Source of the DNA: an uncultured archaeon | GTDB taxonomy: Archaea > Iainarchaeota > Iainarchaeia > Iainarchaeales > JAAZKV01 | Direction of reading: 5' to 3' | Assembly (NCBI GenBank): GCA_964551375.1 | Contig: CAZKBG010000001.1 | Location: forward strand, 837,329 to 869,328 | DNA length: 32,000 bases | Shown: positions 8,530 through 17,538 of the stretch, piece after piece | Layout: each line of letters begins with the position of its first letter | Position numbering within the stretch: position 1 is the stretch's first letter | The notes under the pieces: model-generated | The model's input: only the letters and a program-made list of their open reading frames with translations | The model's database searches: none | Told to the model about the DNA's origin: nothing | Made by a program: the position numbers and the translations under genes

Positions 8530-9561
8530 ATGGCAGAGAAGAAAAAAAGAATGATAAGCGTAACTTTTACAGGAAAAGAACTCCTAAGCAACGGAGTATT
8601 TGACACTAACGATGAAAAAGTGGCAAAACAATACAACGTTCACGAACAGGGAAAAACATACAAACCGCTTACAATCTTAACAGGCGAAAACGAATTACTG
8701 CCGCTTGTAGAAAAAGAACTTGAAACAATGACTGAAGGCGAAGAAAGAATAGTAAAAATGATAGCAAAAGACGCATTCGGAGAAAGAAGAAACGAACTAC
8801 TAAGAGTAGTGCCACTGCAAAACTTCCACGAACAAAAAATCAATCCCTTCCCGGGGCTTGTTGTAAGAATCGGAAACGCAATGGGAAGAGTGCAAAGCGT
8901 AGGAAGCGGAAGAGTAAGAATAGATTTTAACCATCCACTAGCTGGAAGAGATGTTGAATACAGCATAAGACTTGAAAAAGAATTCAAGGACAAGAAAGAA
9001 ATTGCTGAACAAATGTACGAAAAGTATTATTCAAGAATTCCAGGAACAAAAAAAGAATTCAACGAAGACACACTAACTATTACACTTGAAGGAAACGCAT
9101 TCAAGAACTTAACAAAAGTAAACGAAGCAATCACAGACATTGCAAAACAATTCAACTTAAAATTGGATTTTAAAGAAAGTGAAGCATTGCCTGAATTAGT
9201 TCATGAACACACCCATACGGGTGCAGGCGACCACCAAGGACATTCGCACAGCCACGAAGGACATGTTCACGGACCTGAATGCAACCATGACCACGACAAT
9301 CACGAACACGCACATTCTCACAGCCATTCGGCTGCAGGCGAAGAAGAGGAAGAGCACGTTCATGGGCCTAATTGCAATCACACCCATGCGGGTGCAGGCA
9401 ACCATTCGGAAGAGGAAGAAGCTGAAGAAGAACAGGAGAAGCCAGTAAATATTCACAAACTTGCTGATACACTTAGCAAAAATAAGAAGTCAAATGTTCA
9501 ATTTGATACAACAAAAGACACAGCTTCAACAATACAAAGACCAAAGAAGAAAAACTACTAA
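8530..9561 (+). CDS. FKBP-type peptidyl-prolyl isomerase (SlyD-like) with long His/Glu-rich C-terminal tail
   Basis: FKBP features TILTGENELLPLVEKELETMTEGEERIVKMIAKDAFG and RIDFNHPLAGRDVEYSIRL. Tail HVHGPECNHDHDNHEHAHSHSHS..HVHGPNCNHTH. ORF track starts at 8458, but SD-like GGTGG at 8521-8525 fits ATG at 8527/8530 (MMAEKKKR). Confidence 0.88.
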   Translation: MAEKKKRMISVTFTGKELLSNGVFDTNDEKVAKQYNVHEQGKTYKPLTILTGENELLPLVEKELETMTEGEERIVKMIAKDAFGERRNELLRVVPLQNFHEQKINPFPGLVVRIGNAMGRVQSVGSGRVRIDFNHPLAGRDVEYSIRLEKEFKDKKEIAEQMYEKYYSRIPGTKKEFNEDTLTITLEGNAFKNLTKVNEAITDIAKQFNLKLDFKESEALPELVHEHTHTGAGDHQGHSHSHEGHVHGPECNHDHDNHEHAHSHSHSAAGEEEEEHVHGPNCNHTHAGAGNHSEEEEAEEEQEKPVNIHKLADTLSKNKKSNVQFDTTKDTASTIQRPKKKNY

Positions 9562-9574
9562 TTAGAAAAAGTTG

Positions 9575-9605
9575 GGGCAATTTTGCCCTAATTTAATTTT
9601 TTTTT
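9575..9605 (+). terminator. Hairpin and T-tract after FKBP gene
   Basis: GGGCAATTTTGCCC (9575-9588) followed by TAATTTAATTTTTTTTTTATT. Confidence 0.6.
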
Positions 9606-9849
9606 ATTCAGGCATCTTTTTGCCGCGAAGCTTTCTTGATTTCCAAACTAACTCATAAGCTTTTGACTTTTTAGCGTTTGCGGAGTTAAGATACTTTAAA
9701 CCAGTTGGCGACATCATTCTTGACGGACCTTCTCCAAGCTGCATCATATATGCATTTGCCTGCGCATTTTCCTTTCTTGCAGAACGAAGAAGCCTTTTTG
9801 CTCTAAGAAGAGCAACTTTAGCTCTTGTGCGCTTAAACATGAAATACAA
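9604..9849 (-). CDS. Small basic hypothetical protein (81 aa)
   Basis: ORF only; Lys/Arg-rich MFKRTRAKVALLRAKRLLRSARKE. Confidence 0.55.
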   Translation of the reverse strand: MYFMFKRTRAKVALLRAKRLLRSARKENAQANAYMMQLGEGPSRMMSPTGLKYLNSANAKKSKAYELVWKSRKLRGKKMPE

Positions 9850-9946
9850 TCAGCCGAGCTGGTTAATTAGAGTATCTGTTTAGACTGATAAGAGAGGGCT
9901 AAAAGCAAATTCAAAAGCATTAAAAGACAAAAAGAGCACTAATTTT

Positions 9947-10696
9947 ATGCTGAGCAAAATGAAATATACTAAACTATTTTTAGTAATACTTGCAGTATTT
10001 TTAGTTTCAACACTTGCTTTTTCTGCTATTCCCCAGCCAACAAAAGAATTCTTTGTAAATGATTACGCGGATGTACTAAGCCCTTCCCAAGAAAGCGAAT
10101 TACTTAGTTTATTCCAAGGCTCTGAAAAAGACACTACTACAGAAATTGTATTTGTTTCAATAAACGATTTAGAAGGAATGACGCCAATAGAATACGCAAC
10201 TAAACTCGGGCAGGAATGGAAAGTAGGAAAAGCGGACAAAGATAATGGAATGGTATTACTTTACGCAGCCGGCGTAAGAAAATTTGGTGCAGCAACAGGG
10301 TATGGAATGGAAGGAATCTTTCCTGACTCAAAAATAGGGCGAATGCTTGACGTTTATTATGTTCCACAAAGAGATTCTGGAAATGTTTCTCAAGGAATAA
10401 TGGATTTTTCAGTCGCTATTGTAAATGAAGCAAAAAATAACAAAGAAGAGCTTATTTCAGGACAATGGCACAAATACGCTACTTGGACTGGACTTGAACC
10501 AGAACTTGAAATTATTGTAATAATAATAGGAATATTTGCTTTAGTAATTATAATTAACATCGCACTCGGCGGAAAACTTGGCGGAAGCGGAGGAGGATTC
10601 TCTGGCGGATGGAGCTCTGGCGGAGGCAGTTTTGGCGGTGGAGGAGGATTCTCTGGTGGCGGAGGCTCATTTGGAGGCGGAGGAGGGTTTAGGTAA
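9947..10696 (+). CDS. TPM-domain (YgcG-like) secreted/membrane protein with Gly/Ser-rich tail
   Basis: Signal peptide, VNDYADVLSPSQESELLSLFQ...TTTEIVFVSI, one TM, C-terminal GGGFSGGWSSGGGSFGGGGGFSGGGGSFGGGGGFR. Confidence 0.88.
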   Translation: MLSKMKYTKLFLVILAVFLVSTLAFSAIPQPTKEFFVNDYADVLSPSQESELLSLFQGSEKDTTTEIVFVSINDLEGMTPIEYATKLGQEWKVGKADKDNGMVLLYAAGVRKFGAATGYGMEGIFPDSKIGRMLDVYYVPQRDSGNVSQGIMDFSVAIVNEAKNNKEELISGQWHKYATWTGLEPELEIIVIIIGIFALVIIINIALGGKLGGSGGGFSGGWSSGGGSFGGGGGFSGGGGSFGGGGGFR

Positions 10697-10819
10697 CGCT
10701 CTTCGATAGGTTTAAATCAAAATTGAAATAAAAAGTTAATGAAAATTTATTAAATTAATGAAGTTTTATTTAGTTTACTAGAGTTTAAGTTAGAAATTAC
10801 TTTTATTGGAGTGGTAAAG

Positions 10820-11410
10820 ATGAACATGAAATACTTAGGACTGGGAATTGTCGGAATAATAGTCTTAATCGCAATCATCTTGGGAGTAATATACATGGTA
10901 TCATACAACACCATGGTAGGACTTGATCAGGATGTTAACGCAAAATGGAGCGAAGTAGAAAATCAGTACCAAAGACAGGCTGATTTAATACCAAACTTTG
11001 TTGATACTGTAAAAAGTCAGGTAAGCGTTGAAACAAAATTTGTTAAAGACGTAATTGCGGCAAGAACTGCTTGGCAGGGAGCTGGAACTTCACAACTAGC
11101 AAAAGACACTGCAGGACAGCAAATGAACAGCGGAATAAACGCATTTGTTAATGCAGTTGCTGAAAGTTATCCTAACTTAGCTGCAAGCGAAGCTTATACA
11201 GCTTTACGAGATGAACTTGCTGGAACTCAAAACAGAATCACAACATCAAGAGGAAGATACATTGAGTCAATCCAAAGCTATAACACTACAATTAGAAGCA
11301 TACCATACAATTTCTTTAGTGGAATGTTTGGATTTAGTGTAAAAGAATATTATACTGCAAATCCATCCTCAATGGAAACACCTGACTTAAACGGAATGTT
11401 ACCGCAATAA
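10820..11410 (+). CDS. lemA: LemA family protein
   Basis: YNTMVGLDQDVNAKWSEVENQYQRQADLIPNFVDTVK; RIPYNFFSGMFGF...EYYTA pattern. ORF track starts at GTG 10811, but ATG 10820 is preceded by GGAGTGG. Confidence 0.92.
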   Translation: MNMKYLGLGIVGIIVLIAIILGVIYMVSYNTMVGLDQDVNAKWSEVENQYQRQADLIPNFVDTVKSQVSVETKFVKDVIAARTAWQGAGTSQLAKDTAGQQMNSGINAFVNAVAESYPNLAASEAYTALRDELAGTQNRITTSRGRYIESIQSYNTTIRSIPYNFFSGMFGFSVKEYYTANPSSMETPDLNGMLPQ

Positions 11411-11490
11411 GTAGGACAAGAATTTTATTAAGCGAGAATTACAAAAAGGTAATTCTCCTTAACTATTTTTTAAGTTTTTTTGGATTTTAG

Positions 11491-11850
11491 TTAAAGCTTT
11501 CCATGCGTTCTTCTGGGAATACTTCTTCCAAAAGGCTTTGTAAAAGAAGAGCCGCCAGGATGGTGATTAATATCATACCTAGAAACCCTTGGCTTTTTTG
11601 GAAGCACTACTCCCCTTTGCATGGATTTAATTTTAATCTGACTATTTGGAAACCTTGCTGAAATAATTCCCCTAATTAACTTAGAAACAACCTCTCCGGA
11701 AACATTTGGCTTAATTTTCCTTGCTAATGCAATCATTTGCGCAGGATCAATCCTAACAGTTCCTGATTTAGCCGCTGAAACTACTAAAGGCGTAATTTGC
11801 TTTAAAATTGCCCTGCTTTGTTCATCAGTAATTCTATTCTCATGAGCCAT
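11491..11850 (-). CDS. Hypothetical protein (119 aa)
   Basis: ORF; no motif recognised. Confidence 0.6.
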   Translation of the reverse strand: MAHENRITDEQSRAILKQITPLVVSAAKSGTVRIDPAQMIALARKIKPNVSGEVVSKLIRGIISARFPNSQIKIKSMQRGVVLPKKPRVSRYDINHHPGGSSFTKPFGRSIPRRTHGKL

Positions 11851-11925
11851 ACTATACTTTGGTTGTGGTGGTATTTAACCCTTTTTCACCAAGATTTATA
11901 AACACGCATGAATTATAATTCATGT

Positions 11926-12759
11926 ATGGTTGAAATATCAGGATTCATAATAACATTTAGAGAAACGCTAGAGGTAATACTAATCCTAGGCGCAATAGTA
12001 GCATACTTAGCAGCTACAAAACAACAAAAAAACTTAAAACAAGTATATTCAGGAGCCCTAGCTGGAATGGCACTAAGCGTAATATTTGCATTTGGATTCA
12101 TTGCACTAATTGGAAAATTTGAAGGAGTGGCAGAAGAACTCTTTGAAGGAACTTTGTTATTAGTTGGAGCACTAATTGTTACATTACTAGTAATTTGGCT
12201 AACAAAAACCGCTCACGGTGTAAAAGGAATAAAAGAAAACGTTCTTGACAAACTCAACGTAATGGAAGCAGGAAGCGTATTCTTGATTTCAATGATTGTA
12301 GTACTACGCGAAGGCGTAGAAGCAGTACTATTCCTAGGCGCACTAAGCATAGAAGACTCCGCACTCGCAATAGGCGCAATAATTGGAATAATAATAGGAA
12401 TAGCAATAGGATACTTAATTTACAAAAACCTAATCAAAATTGACTTAATCAAAATGATGGCAGGAATTAGCGTACTATTAGTGCTCTTTGGAGCAGGAAT
12501 GGTTGGACAAGGACTCCATGAACTCCAAGAAGCAAAAGTACTTCCCTTCATGGAAGACAAAATCTATGACATTGGTGGAACACAAAACCCAGACGGAAGC
12601 TACTCACTCCTACACGAAAAAGGATTTATCGGCGGAGTACTAAAAGGAGTATTAGGATATGACTCAAATCCCTCACAACTACAAGTGCTTGGATATATTT
12701 TGTATTTAGTGGTGATGGGGGCGTTATTAATTCCCTTGAAAAAAAAAGGCAGTGTTTAA
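11926..12759 (+). CDS. FTR1-family iron permease-like membrane protein
   Basis: Two REXXE motifs (FRETLEVILILGA, LREGVEAVLFLGA) in a multi-TM protein. ATG 11926 lies about 30 nt from TATA (TTTATAAA), favouring it over the annotated 11908 start. Confidence 0.9.
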   Translation: MVEISGFIITFRETLEVILILGAIVAYLAATKQQKNLKQVYSGALAGMALSVIFAFGFIALIGKFEGVAEELFEGTLLLVGALIVTLLVIWLTKTAHGVKGIKENVLDKLNVMEAGSVFLISMIVVLREGVEAVLFLGALSIEDSALAIGAIIGIIIGIAIGYLIYKNLIKIDLIKMMAGISVLLVLFGAGMVGQGLHELQEAKVLPFMEDKIYDIGGTQNPDGSYSLLHEKGFIGGVLKGVLGYDSNPSQLQVLGYILYLVVMGALLIPLKKKGSV

Positions 12760-14105
12760 GCTAAATGTAAGCGTCCTTTGTTTTCATACACTTTTCCTAA
12801 GTTTAAAAGCTCATTAAGGGCTTGATCAAAAAGCTTTTTTGAAAAATCTAATTTTAATTTTTCCCATAGTTCTTCTTGTGTTTTTGAGGACAAAGATAAT
12901 TCAATATGTATTCGTTCGTGTATTCCTTCTGCCTTTTTGTAATTTAAATCGGGTTTAAATTCTTGCTCAAGTTCAATTGACTTTTGTAACAAAGATTCAC
13001 TTACTTCGGGGATTAGCAACACATTGAGTAAACCGGTGCGCATAATTTTTTCCCCCTGTTTGATTGTGCTTGTTGTTAAGTTAGGCTCCCTGTTTATTTT
13101 TGCAATTGATGTAGCAATTGCTTCAATTTTATTGTTGGCAATTATATCACTTAATGGTGAATAGCTTACGCTTGTTTCTTTGTTTATTATCTTTGCAAGA
13201 CGTTGTGTTGCAGCATTTATTTCTTCTCGTACTTCATTGGTAAAAGTTGGATTAGGTAATTTATTTGCATAAAATATTGAATATCTAATATCTTCTACGT
13301 CTTTTTGGTCGTATTTTGGAGAGCATAATCCTTCTTCATCAACATTATTTATCAGTTCTGCTTTTTTAGTTGTGAGCTTATTTACTATGCGGTTTGTGTC
13401 ATTTTGGGGGGCTCCAAGCAGATAGTCTATTTCTTTGTAGTTTGGTAGATTTCTTTTAATTAATTGTTCTTGATCTGGGGCAAGAAATGCTGCTTCACTA
13501 TATCTATTTTGAAAAAAGTAATGATCAGAATTATTGGGGTCAATTTTGTTGTATGCTTTCATTAAGTCCAAATATTCTATTTTTTGATAGTGATTTGGGA
13601 TATTTGCAAATAATCCTATGCCCCCAGTTGGACTGAAATTATTTCCTATTAATGATAGCAAGAAAGAGTTAGTTGATTCAGCGTTTATGGACGCGCTGAA
13701 ATAGTTTTGATAATCATTTAAGTTGTTTATTGGGGGTGTGTCAAGCTCTTTTATCCAGTCGAATTCACTTTCTTGTATGGTGTATACTTCAAAAAACTTG
13801 TTTTCTAATTTTGGAAATTTTAATGTTTTGCGATTATATATGTTGTATCTTTTTCCAGTTATTTTTACATTCTTCCCAATTAGATTTTTGTACGATTTAT
13901 TTTCTGGAAAATCAAGATTTATTTTTTGGGGATTTTCAAATTCCATTGTTAAAATGGGTCTGCGAGTCTGTGTTTCAATGCTTAATATTCCTTCAAGTTC
14001 TATTATGCTGTCTGGTTTTGCTGAATTAAATCGTTCTTGTAGCCGTTTTGTTCTTGCTTTGTACTGTGGTAAAGAATAATGTTGTAGTCCTGTGTAAATC
14101 CCCAT
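12756..14105 (-). CDS. Hypothetical protein, possible N-terminal OB-like domain and C-terminal helical/wHTH-like region
   Basis: ORF of 449 aa; IIELEGILSIETQTRRPILTMEFENPQ...GKNVKITGKRYN resembles a beta-barrel; stop overlaps the FTR1 stop by 4 nt (convergent). Confidence 0.7.
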   Translation of the reverse strand: MGIYTGLQHYSLPQYKARTKRLQERFNSAKPDSIIELEGILSIETQTRRPILTMEFENPQKINLDFPENKSYKNLIGKNVKITGKRYNIYNRKTLKFPKLENKFFEVYTIQESEFDWIKELDTPPINNLNDYQNYFSASINAESTNSFLLSLIGNNFSPTGGIGLFANIPNHYQKIEYLDLMKAYNKIDPNNSDHYFFQNRYSEAAFLAPDQEQLIKRNLPNYKEIDYLLGAPQNDTNRIVNKLTTKKAELINNVDEEGLCSPKYDQKDVEDIRYSIFYANKLPNPTFTNEVREEINAATQRLAKIINKETSVSYSPLSDIIANNKIEAIATSIAKINREPNLTTSTIKQGEKIMRTGLLNVLLIPEVSESLLQKSIELEQEFKPDLNYKKAEGIHERIHIELSLSSKTQEELWEKLKLDFSKKLFDQALNELLNLGKVYENKGRLHLA

Positions 14106-14337
14106 TTTAACACTTCCTTGATTTATTCAGTCTGATTGCTTATTTTCTGAATAAGGCAAATTAGAGAAAGTGTTGGGTTGCCAGAACCACGGATTGGTTG
14201 TAGCATTTCTCTAGTTAATTCTAAGGGCTTTGAAAGATTAATACTTTTTGAGTTTGAAAAGTAAACGCTTGGGGGTTGTGGGCAAAATAAAATCCAAACC
14301 CCTGTTTTTTTGGTTTATTGGCAAAGAACCAAAGCAA

Positions 14338-14347
14338 GATTTATATC
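14338..14347 (+). promoter_or_regulatory. TATA-like element upstream of PD-(D/E)XK gene
   Basis: GATTTATATC about 33-40 nt upstream of ATG 14379. Confidence 0.45.
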
Positions 14348-14378
14348 TATCCAAACGCATTAATCTATTGTGTAATAA

Positions 14379-15038
14379 ATGCCCTACAAACTCTCACCCT
14401 CAGCAATTAACTTATTTTTAGAATGTCCTCGCTGCTTTTGGCTAGATAAACACGACAAGTGGAAACGCCCTGCAGGAATATTCCCTTCTTTGCCTTCCGG
14501 AATGGATAGAATACTAAAAGAACACTTTGACAAGTTCAGAGACGCGGGCAAACTTCCTCCAGAAATTTGCGAAAACTCTCACTGCAAACACCTAAAAATC
14601 TTTGGCGAAACAAAAGAAGAAAAAGAACTAATCACTGTATGGAGAAACAACTTCAAAGGAATAAGATACACAGACTCAGAAGGAAATGTTCTATTTGGAG
14701 CAGTAGATAATATTTTGAAAGATAAAGAAACACTTATTGTTCTTGACTACAAAACCCGCGGATTCCCTGTAAAAGAAGACACTCACACACACTACCAAAA
14801 CCAAATGGACACATACAACTTCCTGCTCCGCAAAAACGGATATGAAACAGAAGACTACACTTTTCTATTATTTTACATTCCTTCAAAAGTGCTAGAAACT
14901 GGGGAAGTGGTATTTGACACAACATTAGTAAAGATTAAAACAAACCCAAAAAGCGCAGAAAAAGTGTTCAAAAATGCTTTGAAGTGCCTTGAAGGTAACG
15001 AGCCGGAAGAGAAGTGCGAGTGGTGTGGGAAAGCCTAA
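14379..15038 (+). CDS. PD-(D/E)XK superfamily nuclease, Cas4/RecB-like
   Basis: YKLSPSAINLFLECPRCFWLDKHDKW; GAVDNILKDKETLIVLDYKTRG (D..DYK motif); Q-containing helix HYQNQMDTY; C-terminal CEWCGKA. Confidence 0.85.
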   Translation: MPYKLSPSAINLFLECPRCFWLDKHDKWKRPAGIFPSLPSGMDRILKEHFDKFRDAGKLPPEICENSHCKHLKIFGETKEEKELITVWRNNFKGIRYTDSEGNVLFGAVDNILKDKETLIVLDYKTRGFPVKEDTHTHYQNQMDTYNFLLRKNGYETEDYTFLLFYIPSKVLETGEVVFDTTLVKIKTNPKSAEKVFKNALKCLEGNEPEEKCEWCGKA

Positions 15039-15051
15039 TTTTTTGTTAGCT

Positions 15052-15537
15052 TTATCGTTTGATAGCATTTTCGATTTTTTCGGCTTTTTTTCTAAATACG
15101 GTGGCTTCTTTTCTTAATTCTCTTGTTAATTCGTAATCTTTCGGTATTGTTCCCCTAACTTTATTTCCTTTTGGTTTTGAAATATGCAGAATTAATGTTT
15201 CAAGATCTTTTAAATACCTAACTTTTTTGAATCTGAAAACACTAAAATTGTTCCATTTTCCAGCATGGTGATCTCTCTTAAAATGCCCCCATAATCTCCA
15301 AAAACTTGATTTGGCAAGTCCAACATAATACAGTTTATCATCACGATATAATGCATATATTCCAGCCCAACCCCGCATCATTTTTCTAAGTCGTTTTCTA
15401 AATGCAGCATCTTCAATAGTTCCTGCTGGAATTCTTTCTAATGAGCCTTTTATTAAAAGTCCTCTATTACCTTTTCTTTTTGGCATAGTGTATTTGTCTA
15501 ACTTAGGTTTTTTCAATCCATCGGTTTTAATGTACAA
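15052..15537 (-). CDS. GIY-YIG-like nuclease domain protein
   Basis: WAGIYALYRDDKLYYVGLAKSSFWRLWGHFKRD...KVRYLKDLETLIL: GIY..YVG, Arg helix, Glu helix, PKGNK. Confidence 0.75.
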   Translation of the reverse strand: MYIKTDGLKKPKLDKYTMPKRKGNRGLLIKGSLERIPAGTIEDAAFRKRLRKMMRGWAGIYALYRDDKLYYVGLAKSSFWRLWGHFKRDHHAGKWNNFSVFRFKKVRYLKDLETLILHISKPKGNKVRGTIPKDYELTRELRKEATVFRKKAEKIENAIKR

Positions 15538-15627
15538 TTGGATGTGGAGTTTATCAAGTTTGATTTAATGAGACAATCTTGGAAAAGTCTCTTACAATTA
15601 ATAAAAAGTTTTTAGATATTCTAAATG

Positions 15628-17514
15628 TTATTTATATTTTGAAAAAATGTTATTGTCTTTGGATAAAAGTCTGGTTGTTTCTGTCCTTACTTCAGCTTTT
15701 AGTTTAAATAGCTTTTTCATGTCCTTACTTATATTTGCAATAGTTTCTTTACTCGGGAGCAAAACAAGTATTTTGCCCAAATCCTCTTCAAGTACTGATG
15801 GGATAGCGGCTCCAATTCTGTATTTTAGCATTTGATTCAAAAATAAATCGGATTTCAAATAGTATAGTAAAAAATAAGGGTCTATTTTAGTTGATTTTAA
15901 AACTCTAAACCCATTTGTGCAAATTGCCCCTGAAAATTCGTTAGTTACAATTGCCGTTGCATGATTTTGTGTGCCGGTTGATACTCCTGCAACTTCAGTT
16001 ATTATTTCATCAGGTTCGAGTTCATATGAGGCACGACTTGGTGCGTCAGCAACTTTGATATTAGTTGCAGAACTTATTTCAGACCCTTCGGAATTTATGT
16101 CAGTAATTTCAACGTAGCGTATTGTGGCCTCGTTGTCTTTAAGTTTTGTTGACTTTTTGGATTTTATTTCAACAAGTTCATTAAGCGGAACAGCTTTTTT
16201 TGATTTTAAATATGAAATTATTTCTTCAAAACGAGGCATGTAAAACTCTGCATCAAGGCGATCTTCAAGTTCACTAAAGTTTTTCAAATAGTACTTATCG
16301 GTGAATTTAAATGAGTCTCCATTTTCAAATTTCTTAAAATGGTTTGTGATTATAGTCATATCTTCATCTAATATTTGAGTCCCGTCTTTGTCAGTTTTGT
16401 ATTTTGGGGTGGCATTTTTATCCCCATAATATCCGACATTTTTAATGATTCCAAAAAAAACTTTGTAGTCTTTACTTTCTTTTTTAGAGTTACTTTTCTG
16501 CAAAAATAAAATTGATGTTTTTATTCCAGTCCCGTGTGGGATAAATGTTTCAGAAGGCATTGAAATAATTCCAAGCACTTTTGTTTTTTTGCGAATGAAA
16601 TCTCTGACAAATTTAGCTGTTTTATTCTCGAGAATTCCATCTGGCAAAACGATTGCAAGTCGCCCACCATCTTTTAGCAAGTTAATGCATCTTTCAATAA
16701 ATAATATTTCTGGGGGTTGTGCTTTATTAAGTGATGAATCATTTTTTGATTGGGCTAATTCAAAGTTCTTTAAATATGTGGGATCTTCAATTTTACCTTG
16801 AATTCCAAACGGTGGATTTGTTAAAACTAAATCATATTCATTTGGGGCTTTGTTTGATGTGAAAAGGGCATTAATATTTTCCAAGCTGTCTCCCAAAATA
16901 ATTTTTGAATTACCATCGCCCTCGAGTACCATTCTAATTTTTGCTAATTTTATTATTGAAGGGCTTATTTCAATTCCGGTGATATTATTTGCTAGCTTAC
17001 TGAATTCTTTGCCTTCTATTTTTTTCATATATCTTAAACTTTGTATTAAAAATCCGCCCGTGCCACAAGCAGGGTCAATTAATTTGAATGAACTTTTTGG
17101 ATTTATGCAATTAACAACTAAATCTATTATTGGGTCAGGGGTTAGAAACTGGCCACGGTCCCCTCGTTGTGTTGAAAAAATAAATTTTTGAAAAGCAATT
17201 CCTTTAACATCATCATCAATTGAACTTAAATTTATGTTGGCAAGTTCTTTCAAAGCATAGGCTAATGTTTTTTCTTTTAGCTTGATTTTATCATTTGACT
17301 CAAATAAAGTTGGATAATCGGAAAGTATGGTTTCAAAAACTTTGTTGGCAGTTGATTCGTTTATTTGTTTGGAGTTTTTATCAGAATAAATTTTAACAAA
17401 GAGAATTTTTGTAAATTCATTTAACGCTTCTTGAGGGGAAAGTCCATCATTGGCATAAATGTGGTTGTGAATTTTGCCAAAAAGTTTAAACAATGTGTTT
17501 GCATCAAAAGACAT
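15628..17514 (-). CDS. Type I-like N6-adenine DNA methyltransferase fused to one specificity (TRD) domain (HsdM-HsdS fusion)
   Basis: GQFLTPDPIIDLVV, FKLIDPACGTGGFLI (motif I), DLVLTNPPFG (motif IV); C-terminal HsdS-like half YVEITDINSEG...EIITEVAG...GAICTNGFRVLKSTKIDPYFLLYYLKSD...IPSVLEEDLGKILVLLP. Confidence 0.92.
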   Translation of the reverse strand: MSFDANTLFKLFGKIHNHIYANDGLSPQEALNEFTKILFVKIYSDKNSKQINESTANKVFETILSDYPTLFESNDKIKLKEKTLAYALKELANINLSSIDDDVKGIAFQKFIFSTQRGDRGQFLTPDPIIDLVVNCINPKSSFKLIDPACGTGGFLIQSLRYMKKIEGKEFSKLANNITGIEISPSIIKLAKIRMVLEGDGNSKIILGDSLENINALFTSNKAPNEYDLVLTNPPFGIQGKIEDPTYLKNFELAQSKNDSSLNKAQPPEILFIERCINLLKDGGRLAIVLPDGILENKTAKFVRDFIRKKTKVLGIISMPSETFIPHGTGIKTSILFLQKSNSKKESKDYKVFFGIIKNVGYYGDKNATPKYKTDKDGTQILDEDMTIITNHFKKFENGDSFKFTDKYYLKNFSELEDRLDAEFYMPRFEEIISYLKSKKAVPLNELVEIKSKKSTKLKDNEATIRYVEITDINSEGSEISSATNIKVADAPSRASYELEPDEIITEVAGVSTGTQNHATAIVTNEFSGAICTNGFRVLKSTKIDPYFLLYYLKSDLFLNQMLKYRIGAAIPSVLEEDLGKILVLLPSKETIANISKDMKKLFKLKAEVRTETTRLLSKDNNIFSKYK

Positions 17515-17538
17515 AGTTCACATATGTGTAAAACTAAT

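Noticed and set aside
8445-9456. ORFs 8445..8636(-), 8640..8993(-), 9196..9456(-), 9203..9448(+) around the FKBP gene
   Set aside because: Antisense or alternate-frame readings of the FKBP gene; the His-rich repeat codons suppress stops in other frames.
12756-14105. Plus-strand ORFs 13723..14079 and 13730..14029
   Set aside because: Antisense to the 449-aa ORF; two overlapping frames both Cys/Phe/Leu-rich, typical of reverse complement of Lys/Asn-rich coding sequence.
14379-15038. CRISPR-Cas locus suggested by the Cas4-like protein
   Set aside because: No regularly spaced repeats anywhere in the window and no other cas-like genes.
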